DNA of 58,476 bases from Trichoplax adhaerens (Eukaryota > Animalia > Placozoa), in NCBI RefSeq assembly GCF_000150275.1, contig NW_002060951.1, positions 3,152,238-3,210,713 on the forward strand, written 5' to 3'. The notes beneath the pieces are model-generated. The model had not been told where the DNA came from. It worked only from the letters and a program-made list of their open reading frames with translations, and did not search any database. Shown piece by piece: positions 9,410 to 23,100 of the stretch (positions are counted from its first letter, which is position 1; each line of letters starts with the position of its first letter). The translations under genes and the position numbers were made by a program.

Positions 9410-12400
9410 CTAAGTCTTATATATTCCATCTAAAAAAGCATTTGTTAAGTCTGTAATAATGGATCGATCCGGTATAGTTTGAGCCATTCCGTACATTGCG
9501 GCCTGGAATAAAATGATTTGCTCATAAACATAAATCACGTTTATCAGCTGTGAAGCTACGCAGAATACAACCATTAGTTACCCTTCAGAGCATTTCAGTA
9601 ATTGCACTGTACTTACAGATCCAATTGGTGTCTTTCGTGGTTCTTGTATTAGCTGTGCTGCTACTTCTTTTATATCTCTTAAAAATTTGGTGACTACTCC
9701 GGGTTGGGTATGGGTCATGGTGCAACAAATGTGGATACTATCTCATTGATGATAAACGAAAGAGATTGTGAAAAGCTTGCAGCATTATGAGTTTTTATAA
9801 CTTCTAGCTATTGATTCGTTTTATTGTCAAATGGCTAATAGTGATCACCTCGGGGGAAACTGCAGAGCGTTCAGATTCCATCCTTTATCTGACATTAACT
9901 GGTTTAGCTGATATATGTCGAAGTCTTTGGAACCAATTGCTATGACACTTAGCTTAGGGTCACCAAGAACGTAGAGCCCGTCAACTTCCTTAATCCTTAG
10001 TAAATCGATTAGGGCGTAATATCAACAAATACACTATATACATGTCAATGTGAAGTTAATTACCGCTATAAATACAGTTACTTACCGATCTTTAATCCTC
10101 TGAGCTGCTTTAATAATTTTTTTTGTTGATTTAACGTATCCTGGAACACAAGCAAGTATAGGAAGCTTTAATTACTATCAAAAACATTTCAGCATTGTTC
10201 GTTTCTCATTATTCCAATGCAGTTTATAGTGCTGACGAATATTCGACAATGCACGCGTACGTTCAACGCAAGCAATGAAGTACTAAATGAAGGTGATGCT
10301 GCAGAAAGTGCTAGAGCAATTGCATATGCAGAATTGATCGATACTGCGATATAAATTGCTTACAGAAAGGTTTGCGTGAAAAATTTTGAAAAGTAGAGAT
10401 TAAAATAGGGTAGGAAAACTACGCGCAATTTAGAACTGCGAACGCGTGAGTGTTACCAAAGGAGATACGTGATGCCTGAATGATGTTTTGGCGCCTTACG
10501 TATGCGAGTGTAAGTGGCTAAAACGTTAACCCACTAGTTAGTAATAGTACTAGTAACTATTAAAAAATTTTAAAGTTCTGCTTTACACTTAAGAATCGCT
10601 TTCCATCAAGTTAGATGATGTCAAACTACAGGGCGTAATTATTACATTTAGCATCAAGTGTGGATCTTTCATAAATTCGTAAACACTATTAAAAGTAGAA
10701 GTGAGCTTTTACACTAATTATACATATACCTGACCATCCCATTGAGACCATAGCTGCCCAGCAACCAGCAATTACCGCGCCAGATCTACTGCCAGCTATG
10801 GAAGGGGAGGCGTATATGCCTCCTGGCCAGTCACTAACTGAAAAATACTGTAGCGATCCAATCTGTTAGATGTTTCGTCTAGATTAAGCAGTTTTAATTG
10901 GTATTTAGTACTTATTAATTATTGCTGTAGCAAATTCTAGTACCTGCAGATGTCGTTGTTCTATATGTCTGTATAAAACTACAGACGAACCCTTTGGTGC
11001 AAATCCATACTATTGAAAAAAAGGGCTTATTATACGGCGCATCAGGAAGCGTAGCCAAATAACAATGCCGTATTAAATTGAATTTTTGAGATAGTCCGCA
11101 TAAAAGACCAAGCTAACCTTGTGAGTGTCAGCGGATATGCTAGTTACTCCTTCAACTGCAAAATCGAACTGAACATCATCGTACCTTGAAAAAGATATGT
11201 ATTATATTAGTACGTGAGCTTATTATAGCAGTGTGTATACTATATTCGTACCCAGCTTCATTTAGAAATGGTAGCAGAAATCCTCCTAGACAACAATCAA
11301 CGTGAAAACCGATTCCTCTAGAAACAGCAATCTACAGTATAACGACGAGTTGCCAATTAATCAAAGAAATAGAAGATCACCGATTTGTAAGACAATATAA
11401 TTGTAGTTTACACAACAAGGTCACGAAATGTTATGATTTATTAAAATTTCTTTGACAAGAAACGTTTAATCTGTAAAGTACTTGCGCAATACTCTTAACG
11501 TCATCGATTATTCCATGCGGATATTGAGGTGCTGAAGCAACTAGCTAACAATTATAATGCAAAATATTAGTCTATGGACATTCAAGCAGATAAGTTGAGT
11601 CAAACAGTAAATACTTAACCAAAACAGTGTTGCTAGTTATAGCCCTTCGCATGGCCTAAAAATTGAGAAAATTAATTTCGCATATGTTATCTTGTATCTG
11701 CTTTTGAAAAGATCAGTTATTTCGCATGAATTGAAATCATTATGCATGCGTCAATTGATTAATTAATTATACGGAATAAATATTCGCATCTATTACGAAT
11801 TCTACAAGTGGCAGCATATGAACCTTAATTAAAGATCCTATACCAAGATACAGGTATTCGCTATTCTTAAACGTTTTATTATTTTATACGCGTTTGAGCA
11901 GAATTCTTATTGTACAGTACGTACAGGTATGACACATATTGGTGATTTTAGAGCTAGTTAGCTTTGTGAATTAGCGTCTACTTTGTACAATAATATTTGA
12001 CGAGACTAGAGCATCTAAATTATTGCATTTATTTTCTACAAGGTTTTCATCAACGAAACACTTCAAATATTTTTCTCAATTTACAGTGATCACAATGGAC
12101 AAAGTAGTGAAAACGTTATAACGGATCCTCCCTTCAAGACATAGTTAAGTACAGTATATAAAGTGCATCTGTGAATAGTGTACGGCCTACATACACAGCT
12201 ACTGCGAGTTGATCAAACAGCTTCTAAGTTGTGTATTCAACCAAACAATTTGGGTGGTTATATGATACGGTAATAGTTCATCAGCTATGTAATAGTGCTG
12301 CAAAAGCAATTAAAGCCAACGAAGTCGAAGTAATAATAGTCTCAAAGCTAACGATTTATGAGAAATTTGTTAACGAGCACAGGGCAGGTATGATATTCGG

Positions 12401-15400
12401 CAATTTTATTGCGATGCTGCAACACTCACAGTTAAATCGGCTTGAAAGTTCGTATCTACAGGAACAGAAATTAATTTCAATCCGAAATATTCGCATGCCT
12501 GTTGAGGGAGACAGCAACTTTACTTTGATATTAAATAACATTAAGTCTTGATACGTAAAAGTCAGTCATGTTCAAGTTTGTCATTTTCTACCTTGTTGAA
12601 AGCTGCATGAGCGGTTACTGGTGCGACTCTAGCATTTGTTCATGAAATTTAACAATTTATATTTTTGTTGAAATACGAGAATACACTTGCATGTAGGCAT
12701 ATATATGATATGAAAATGTTGGTACACACACGTATAGTACATGTAGTATCCGCTAGGAGGTAATGCGTATTACAGGAATATGAATCAAGGTGTATAATTT
12801 CCGGTAGTAATATGCAGTTTAATACGAGAGGAATAAAGAGTATGCTTATTTGGCACGAGTTACTAACATTTCCGGATGAGAAATACCCAGTTTGTAACCT
12901 TTATTCCTATATGAGAGACAAGCCATTAAAATACTTTCAGTTCCACCAGAAGTTACCTAGACAGAGTGGGCAGTTTGCTGATATTAGAAAAAGATTTTGG
13001 GAATCCCTAATGAATTTGAAACCAAATTCTGCGTAACTTAACAGGATGTACCGAACTCACTGTGGTTTTATAGAATGGATTTTTCATAAATTAACAGTTT
13101 ACAGCGTGTACTATTCCTTACCGAACCACAGGATGTACTGCTTCCATGAAATAGACCTAAGCACATTCTGATAACTTCAGCTTCCATTTTAACGACTGAT
13201 AGCAAATTTTGTAAACATTGAAACGTAGAGTTACAATTACGTTTATTTAATTTCTTATATATCATCCAGCCTTAGACTAAGATCACTAATTAATTGCGGT
13301 CATGAGTTTACTTTCAGTTGTTAGGCTGACTATTATTAAGAATATATTATGCTGGAAGCAAGTAGTTATACATAGTAAGATTAAAATATACATGGCTTAC
13401 CTCCGGGAAATACATCTGAGTGTAATGGATTACTCCATAAGAATCTTTCGTATACCTATTTCGGCAATGTAAATATTCTAAATTCGGTACTGTATGGGCG
13501 GTTACTGTATAGTGCGGTAAGCGCTGTAATTACGCTTAATTAAGATCCGAACAGTTATAGTTCTTGAATAGGTGACTAGATTTTTGAGAGTGCTTTACAT
13601 AAATTCTATATGTTTACCTTGGTAATCAACTTAGTCAGCTCTTTGTCGTAATTATAAACAGTTCCGGAAACATTTCCTTTTTTCCAGTTAACTTGACCTT
13701 CAAATGTCATTATCATCGTAGACCTTCGTAAGTGAGGAATGTTTATAAGGAATGTCTATCTTATGGTCTATCTTGTAATACCTATGAGTTCGTAGTTATC
13801 AATGAGGGTAAATATTTCATCCTAAAGACAGCAAATTCAATACATGCAGGTAAGAATTAGCGTGACGTTACATTTGTCCTTATACTGTATATTGGATTGT
13901 AGGAGTAATGATTACGTTAGGAATGAGTAAGTAATTCCTTTACTATAATTACTGTAACATGCAACTCCAACGGATAATGTTAAAACAATAATTAAATGCA
14001 CTTACGTGTTTCATTCCAGCGTGTGGAAGCTTTTAATGTTACGGATATAAAAGATTCGAAATTACAGTTAAGGCAATTGCTCTTAGCACGATTGGATAAG
14101 AATATAAATAGCCTTACCTTTTGTAAATAAGTAAGGTCTGTTTTAGAGTTAAAAAGTGAGTTTTGCAGTTCTTTACAGGCTTTGTCTATCTCGTCCTGGA
14201 TCTGTTACAGAAATCGTAATTCAGATTAAATGCAGTAGTACAACTAGGCAGCTAAGCGGTTTACTGAGTACGTATACGCTTGCTGACTCATAATTGCAAT
14301 TAAGATTATTCACAGGCACATTACCGTTTTTAAAAATAACTCTCAAAGTTTTTTAAGATTTACACTGAACTATGCTTTTTATTCCACTGTACAGTATTAA
14401 AGATATTTTGGATTATAAAACTTTGGACACCTAACTCTACTGATTACATTAGTTCTGGATTCTAAAAACTGTTTAATATTACTGGCTTAAATATAGAGTT
14501 CCACTGGAATATCTTATCAGGGAAAGCGATCTTATAACTTAATCACATTAAATGACTGATACGAGCACAGCATTAGCTTAGAATCTTCAAATACTGAAAA
14601 GCTATTAAGATTTGAGATGAACTTTGGAATACGAGGAATCTACAGAGATTAAAATACTCAGATACGAAGTCATCGATAATTTGGTAATTCATTATGTACA
14701 AGCTAGTTTATTACGCGGTTTCTATTTATACAGAATTAAGGTGGTGTACTATGTCCCTCATATTCCATTAGCAATAAACCGCGCTAGTAACGCGGATAAA
14801 TATAGAAATTTTACAATATGATAATTAATCATATTTCTTTGACGAGCAAAGAATACGCAAACGCGTAATCGTTTAAAATGCAAACTTGTCATGTGTATTG
14901 ATATTTTATACCTTCTTCCCAATGTATGGTAGCCGGCGTATTGAATAAAAAAACCATCGTCGCGTTTTGGTAAAGATCCTTCGTGCGTCTGCCATTTTCG
15001 TGTATAGTAACCAGACCATGTTCAATCATAATAATTATATAATCAACACATGAGATACGCGCGTATTGTCATATTCCACCACATTTCGAAATAAATTATA
15101 ATTTCAAGAGGATTAAGATTATTCCTAAAAAGGAAGGGAAAGCTAATTATTTTGCAAATCATTGTTGCAACTACTTACCACGCCTTGGATTTGAGCGTAA
15201 AATAAGATAAAAGAAAATCGTTGCTGTTATGGTATAGCACACAACCTACAGAATAAAACATAAAATTGGCCGAGACAGTCTTAAATCACTGTTTTATTTT
15301 TATTTACTAAGCAACAAGCAATTCAATGTTTTAAATCTCAATACGATTGCAAGTTACGCGCACAATGTACAGGAGAGACTCTAATATCTGAAGATCGTGT

Positions 15401-15904
15401 AGATGATTAATATAATATAATTTAATATTATAATCACACGCATAACTGTCCGAAAGGTAGTGATGAAGTTACGAATAATAAGTACTTTGTTATCGGTAAT
15501 ATTACATTATATACTCGCACTCGCATGTACATGTACGCATTTGAGGTTACACACCTGCCAAGATTCGTGTTTTGAAAAAAGAACATTTATTGCTTCTCGT
15601 AAAGATTTCATTGCATACAGTGTTTTACATTCCAGTTGCTAACGTAGTTCATCGATCAGGTAACAGTCAATACCAGTGTAAGATTAATAAAAAAATGCAA
15701 AGGCAGTTTTACTTCCTTTTTACGGTGTACTGTACTGCTTTTTAACTAGTCGACTACCTCCTACCTGCTTTAAAATTCATACAGTATTTCATTCACTAGA
15801 CATACTGTACAGTTGACAAGACAGGACACTTGCGTTAAGCTCCGCCCTCATACTGTACTGTACGGTACAGTAAAGTACAGTACTGCAGATCCGGTTTGGG
15901 TCAT
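9410..15904 (-). CDS. SGPL1: Sphingosine-1-phosphate lyase (PLP-dependent), multi-exon (~20 exons)
   Basis: Spliced exons give MTQTGSA/..HESWQ/TM segment/..[16 protein letters not shown]../[90 protein letters not shown] (PLP Lys)/[54 protein letters not shown]. Start codon less certain than the body. Confidence 0.96.
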
Positions 15905-16019
15905 TGCTGTACGTACTGTACTGTACTGTACTGTACATTGAAGGTAAAAACTTAAAATCACAACTTCCTTGTACTGTACGTACAGTGCAGTACTGTACAG
16001 TATACTGTACAGTACAGTA
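15728..16019. promoter_or_regulatory. (TACAG/CTGTA)n palindromic pentamer island in the SGPL1/PFDN1 bidirectional promoter
   Basis: e.g. tactgtactgtactgtactgtac and tactgtacagtatactgtacagtacagta, between and overlapping divergent ATGs at 15904 and 16137. Regulatory role inferred from position. Confidence 0.6.
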
Positions 16020-16136
16020 ATATAAAGTCGTTGCAATACAGTATTATAATAAATAAATATAATTAATTATTACAGTATTATTATTATTATTATTACCCTT
16101 ATTATAATATCTTCAAATTGCCAAGCATCTACTAAC

Positions 16137-17368
16137 ATGGCCGACGAAGAACTTAAAAAGGTATCATCTACTATGCTGACTGCATTATTGTTGGAGATTT
16201 TTGAAAGTGATAAGCTATTCTTACCATACTGCAAATAAATGAAATGTTCAAATAAATGGCTTGCATGAACTTACCAAGCAAAAATTATCGGTGCAGTGCT
16301 ACACTGCTATTCAGTGTACTACTTCATCGTTAGAAGGCACTTGAAAGTTTGACAGAATCAAAAGATGATAATTATTTTTGGTTAATGTTATGTATAAATG
16401 AATAACCAATAGTGAGCATATTACATTAATTACAATTATTTAAATACAAACTTAAGCAAGTAGAGGTTAAGTCATTACTACCATATTTTTACGGAATCTA
16501 GATATGATAGTACACTGTCTAGCATGTATGATCAACTTGACGTTGCTATTGAAAGCGCATTACACATTATTGTGAGATATAATGTAGGATCTACTCGACA
16601 ATTGCTTACTGTGTGGTTGTTTTCAAAGGCCTTTCATGAGCTACAAGTCAAAGTAATTGATACAACGCAGCAAGTTAAAGTAACGGAAGCGAAAATTGAT
16701 CAGCTTAAACGTGGTATCACCCGCGCCCGGTTAACTGATCAGGAGCTGAGCAATATACCGAAAGGAATCAAAACCTACGAAAATTTAGGCAGAATGTATG
16801 TGTAACATCAGGAACTTTTCAGATAAAATATGTGATCCATGGGCGATAATGCTAGTTACTATACTAACGTTATTGCACACTGCTAATTCTTTACTTTATA
16901 AGCAGGAATTTGTCGGTATGAGACGTATAGTATTGAATAGCTTAGTACAATAACTGGAAAGAATATTGAAATACGAATAGGTTTAATATATACGCTGAAA
17001 TTATTTCGCTTTTTATTATCCCTACGAAGATTCGTATCTCAATCTATCGAGGATATCAGAAAATCTTTAGCAGAACGGATTAACGCCGCGAACGATAAAA
17101 TTGAAAAATTGAATGCAAGTTAAAATATTTATGAGTATAAAATTTTGTAATATGGCTGACCTTTAGGGCTATGAATTACTTTCTCACAGTTATTTACTGT
17201 GTTATGATTATAATTGCCATGCTATTATGTTTTTACATTGTACGAGCATATTATTTTACAGTTAACCCTCTTCGTTTTCAACTTTAGTTGAATAAAACTT
17301 TCCTGGAAAAAAGCTTGAAAGAAAGTGAAGATAACATCCGAGAAATGATTCAACACAGACGCAAATGA
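16137..17368 (+). CDS. PFDN1: Prefoldin subunit 1, 4 exons
   Basis: MADEELKK/AFHELQVKVIDTTQQVK..YENLGR/IFVSQSIEDI..DKIEKLN/LNKTFLEKSLKESEDNIREMIQHRRK*, matching PFDN1 hallmarks (ELKKAF.ELQ.K.IDT; EDNIREM). Third intron is GC-AG. Confidence 0.95.
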
Positions 17369-19539
17369 AGTTCGTTACGTTTGTTTGACATTCTATCCTA
17401 CAAACATTTATTTATACTTGTTATAGTTAAGATGTCTTTACAACAACAGTATTCTTGTCTATATACCGGCTCATTAGAGCCTCAAGTTTACATAAACGTT
17501 CATGTTGGGTTCCATTATGTTAATTCACGTCACAAACTTTACATGCTTCGTACCATAACTTTGATAGCGGACAACGTTTCATAATCTGCAATAATCAGGG
17601 TCAAGCAAAGTTATAGCTATTAATCTGGATTGAATTTGGTATATTGCCTAATTCAATCAGTTACAGAGTCTTCCAATAAATGGAAACTTTTTATCTGTTT
17701 TGCTGAGAATCTCGTGCATGGAAGTCAGTTCTGGTTCTTCGAAACAGCGGTTTCATTTGAGATATTATATTGTAACAGCCCTTAGTATGAAGAGAGATTT
17801 ATATAAACATGGTGTGTATACAGATCTTTCGGTTCCTATTACGAGTTTTACTGTAGCTGAATGTTCAAATATTGTACCACTATGTACTGAAGATCAACCA
17901 AGTGCTGTATAAAGACTCACCAAAGCATCTGTATATAGGACAGCTATGATATTACATTTATAAGCTATTACTGTATTACGTAAGTTCAGCAATCTACATT
18001 CTGCATCATACATTGGGCGCGGTAATGTTACAACTGAAGTGTATAATTCTACAATCGTTGACATAGTTTCACCAGTTGCAATTATTAGTAGACTAAATCG
18101 ATACAGCTACGACAATTAACAATTAATTTAAGGGACGGGCATGATCAGATGAATACTGTTTAAATACTTACTGCAGTTTATTTCTGTATTTTTGATTTAA
18201 ATACTTGTTGTAGATGGGGTGTTAAGCATAAATTGGGTTTGCTTTCTTATCATTAATTTTATAGTAAGAGTATTGTAATAGTTTTAAAATTACTCATGAT
18301 TGTTTTACAGCGCACTCCATTCTGCAGCTGATATAGGTAGGTTTTACTTGTTAGTTAGATTAGTTTCAGCATCGGCTTCAGATAACTTGTACTGTACGTA
18401 TATTTATAAGAAGCAGCCGATTTCTGCTAAAATTTTGTTCGAGTAGTACATTTGAAATACATCTTTGCATTCACTTATAATTATGAACAGTTGTTCTGTC
18501 TCTACAGTAAACAGTTATTTAAGTAATAGCTAAGCATACGCGAGAAATATCCGGTCAAAATTTTAGTCTTTTCTGTAATACAGTATATTCAATATCGGGT
18601 TCAGGAATGTAATACGAGAGATGAAACTTTATTAGTTTATTGGAAAATAGCGCCATGGAGAATGAGCCGCGTACGAGAGACATAGCATGTTAAGAGATTA
18701 CGATAGCGTGGCATTCTTGATTGCTTATGTTGCTATCTGTAAATACTTTTTAAGAGATATGATATAAGGAGATGTATGTACTAACAACACAAGTTACATG
18801 AATATGATGTATAATATAACTATGTAGATCATTCTGTCCCACGAAGAAATCCTAACCCACCCGCTTATAAATATTAGTTCGCCTTTATGCCTGCTAAGGA
18901 CTAGTTCATAGGTGCAGTCCTCACCCACTATTGAGTGCGATTAGCGACTGAAATATCGCATAGTTATAATTGATGTAAAGTAAACAAGTACAAGAACATA
19001 CGTGAAGCAGAAAGAGCGTGGATTCTACTAATAGTACGTGCATATAATGACCAGTCCCGTATTACTATACGTGTGTTGATGAATTCCTGCTGATTGATAT
19101 TGTACTGTACAGTGTACAGTCACCAAGTACTGTTCAAGATTATATTTTGCACGGCAAAGTGTGCTGGGCAAGCTACTTAATAATATTTAACATGCTCAAA
19201 TAAAGTATCATACTACACCGCCGTAGAATTATACTGCAGTAGCTTTGATAGGTATTTACATATTGCAGGTAAAGCATGTCTAAAGAAAGTACAAATACTT
19301 ACTATACTGTACAAAAGCGTACCTCTGTTAGGAGCTTTGACTGCAACAGTTCACTGTTAATCCATCGTCAGTTTATGTAAAAGATAAGGCATAAGAAATT
19401 ATAGATTTATTAAGCAGAATGAAATTATTTTGACGTTATGGTGTATGATTGTATATATTTTAAAGGCTTTAAACAACAATTAATGCTACTGCTATAAATA
19501 TCCTCTTGGTATAGTGTCTCAATCGCAATTGTTACAACG

Positions 19540-19672
19540 TACTGTATGTACTGTACAGTACTGTACTCTACAGTACAAGTGCAAATCGTATTGTGAGTGC
19601 TTGCGGGTATTGTACTGTACAGTACGTACTGTGTGTACTGTACTGTACAATGTACAGTACTTTGAAGGTACA
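19540..19672. repeat. (TACAG/CTGTA)n pentamer island not attached to a recognised gene start
   Basis: tactgtatgtactgtacagtactgtactctacagtac...gtactgtacagtacgtactgtgtgtactgtactgtacaatgtacagtac. Confidence 0.85.
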
Positions 19673-20163
19673 GGTTTACCGTATCGTTGCAGTAATCGCC
19701 ATATTACAGTAGCTAGACATGATAGTATTTTAATTAATTTTATTACCAATACAAAGATTTATACATTACTGTATCGATCACTCATATTTTAATAAATATA
19801 ATCCTTTTGATATTTTCTTCGACGACGGATAAAATGTGGGGATATAACAGCAATTGATTATAATTACGGATAGACTTCTAGTAACTACTAGCTATAGGAT
19901 ATATGCAATAAAGCAGATATTTTAGTCTTGTGTTAGGCAAGTCTTGACTAAGAGAGTATTAAACACTAACAAGTGGTATTAATTAATTTTAATTTAAACG
20001 AATAATATCTACTGTAAACTAGGCCACCCCAGCTACACTCTAGCATTAGCATGCAAATATGTTATAAAATTTTCTAGCTTTTAATACAGATGGTTTAAAT
20101 ATATCTATTTCAATAAAGATGCATCGCTATCGCAGATCCCATTTCGTATTAAGGGAGAATAAG

Positions 20164-23100
20164 TTAATTATTAACGGCACTTTGAGTTTCATCAATCATT
20201 ATTCGTAATTTCGTAATTTTGGCTTTCAGGAGCTGAAAGCAAAGATAGCGTAAGCATTTAATTATTATAATAATATAATTATTAGAGTTTTATAAGAGAG
20301 TTATAAATAACTTGCAGTGAATTATCTATTACAATAAATTAACCAGAACTTAGGCTGTACATTTTAAGAATTTTGCCTAGTTATAGCATCAAAGCTGCAT
20401 TTGCAGACCTTATATTCATGGTACTGTTGTGCCAGCGGGACTCGATCAAGCTTTGTCACTTTTCTGTAACGAAATAAGAGGCATGGATAGTAGCCATGCG
20501 GGAATATCACTAGGTAAGAAGAGTCTATGCCGTTTGTCATGTTGATACCGGTAAATCAATGTCAACTTACCTTCCGTTCTTGTCCGAGAAGCAATTTTCA
20601 AAATGTTTAAGTTCTTTCTGCAATAACTTCTTTTTCAATTTGCAAGCTCTTAGTTCTACTTGTGCTTCTGAACTGTATAAATTATCATCAATGCTTAGTG
20701 CAGCTAAAATTTCTTATATTTCAAACATAACTACGATATTTATCAGTTTGCTCTGAAATGGGCATGTTCGTATAAGAGTGATTGTATTTCTGCAGGGACA
20801 TACTTAACTCAGTTAGCGTTGCTATTACTTACAGGCAAATGCTGCTAACATGAAAATTAGTTCTTTCATGACCGCTTGTTGATGAGATTGTAGCATCCAT
20901 TAAGCCATCGGCGGGACACTCAGATCTCTAAACAGCAGTACCGTTACAGGGTTTAAGTATTCGAGCTACTCGAGAAATTATTATTATGCAACTTGGTTTT
21001 AATAATGTTAAAGTATCGCATACTTAAAATTCGTAAATGAGTTTACCTTATTCGTAGAGGAATTGGTGTTACCTGATAAAAATAACATAATTGATTGACC
21101 GCTTACATGAATCTACTTACATCTTTAGGGTATACTGAATGTAAATTACGAAAATTGATGATGAAGTACCTCGATTGTGTCTTCTAGCTCACGAGCAGGT
21201 TAAAGATAGGTAATTTTTTACCCGATAATGTAGTAAAATATTAGATAATCAGAATATATATTATGATAAAAGATATTTATAATCGGAATAAGAATAGATC
21301 ATCCTTGATAAACGTACGTTAAATGGTCAATCTTATCACCGTATACCGGGACCTACGATAACATAATATTAGTTTCGTTATACTGTGCACATAATTTTTT
21401 CGATGTTAACAAACAATATACGTGACGGGTGCTACCATGAAATCTATGCAACTGTATTGCATTAGGATAACGGTGATACTAGATTACTGGAAAGAATAAA
21501 TACTGCTTCAGCTTTCTATACATGTTTATATAGATTGATGTATCAATTTTAGTTATTTATGGCGCTTCCAGTCCTTTAAGTCACTACCTATAATCATTTA
21601 CAACCTAAAATGTTACGGTATGTATTATATTTAGTTCTACAGTCTTACTGTCTACATGTGTTCCATTTCAAAAGTATAAATACCGTTAATTTCTGCTTCA
21701 CTGTTAATTGTTTTACAATTAGTTGGCTAGGGGTACACGCATTGCAGTGCATAATGAAGTACCTATTTTCTTACTAAAGTGCATAGCGTTGATTTCTGAT
21801 GGTTATTAGATCTACGTTACAATCCATCGAAACTTCATTGTGGAAAACTGTCACTATCTCTAAGTTAATTTTCGATGTGTACTTTTGAAACATAACGTTA
21901 TGAAAGGCTATATATAAACTGGCAATAACCTTATTTGTGAGCAATTTCTTCAATTTTCTGTATCTGTCATATATGGGCTTGGCAATTTCCTTATCTTCGG
22001 CAGAAAACTGCCTCGCGTATCATAAAATAAAGACTGTCATTCTTCTGATTATTTAAATCGATTAAGATAGCAACATGTCCTAAATATACAGCTACTGTTG
22101 AAGGTAACTTCACTACTCTAGTAGCCTCTCAAATGTAACGCTATAGAGTCTACCGGTTTTCCAAAGTGTGTTTCATATTTTAAGAGTATCTTTTGTAGTT
22201 GCAACTTCTCGTCTCGAATTTGCTTAGTGGACATTAACTGCAAATAGAAAATTATTACATGAATCAGTAGTTATAGTGGACGGCATTAAGATAGTTGCTT
22301 TCACAACCATTACATGTGAACTGTGTTATTTCTGTCAGCAAAGCGATAGGACGTTAAACTAGTTAGCATGCAACGTTAACAAATTCGTGATCTATGAGAA
22401 TGGCAAAATTGTATACCCAAAGACAACTCAAGTTCCTTCTACTTCTAATTCACTCTCTAACTCTTACAGTACCCATGTGATAAAAATTCAAGGCTGGGAG
22501 TGCTCATGCTATTAGTTAAAAGTGGATTAATATCATATTGGGGTATTATTCCGAAGGGGTGTTGGTAAGTTTGGCTGATAATTGTAAACATGCAGCTGTA
22601 AGGCAACCCGTTTCGACATTGTTTACACACTAGAGACCCAAAAGTCTCAAGTGTACACATTCCATTCTAATAATTAACATTTAAAAATTTTACATCTTAG
22701 GTCAGCATTGTATCACTCCGGTACCCTCATATTTGGGGGTAGTTTCCTATTGCTAACAATTGGGCTTGTCATAGTATAATTAGTCCTCATAGTGAAGAGC
22801 AATAATTGTCAAGTTGACTATTCTTTGAATACTGCAACAACTTCGAACTTAAGAATGATACAGCCAGAGTTCTTTAATAGCTTGCATAATTTAAACTACT
22901 ATTGCAAAGAGTCCAGAAACAGAGCACTTACATCTAAATCCGCTGGTCTGCCAGCTTCCTGCCTTTTTATTATAAGCAAATCCAGCATATGTTCAACAAA
23001 GTTTCTTTTGCGTTGAGGATCTAAAATTCACAACGACAAAAATGCATTACAATTCCTAATCATCTTATTGACATAACGTCGCCAAATTCGAGTAAGACAT

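Noticed and set aside
12231-13036. Plus-strand ORFs 12231-12551 and 12812-13036
   Set aside because: Antisense shadows of SGPL1 exons and introns.
18897-18921. Small hairpin with a short match to a STAMBP intron segment (~50131, aggacta(a)gttcat)
   Set aside because: Match is ~13 nt and does not extend; consistent with chance.
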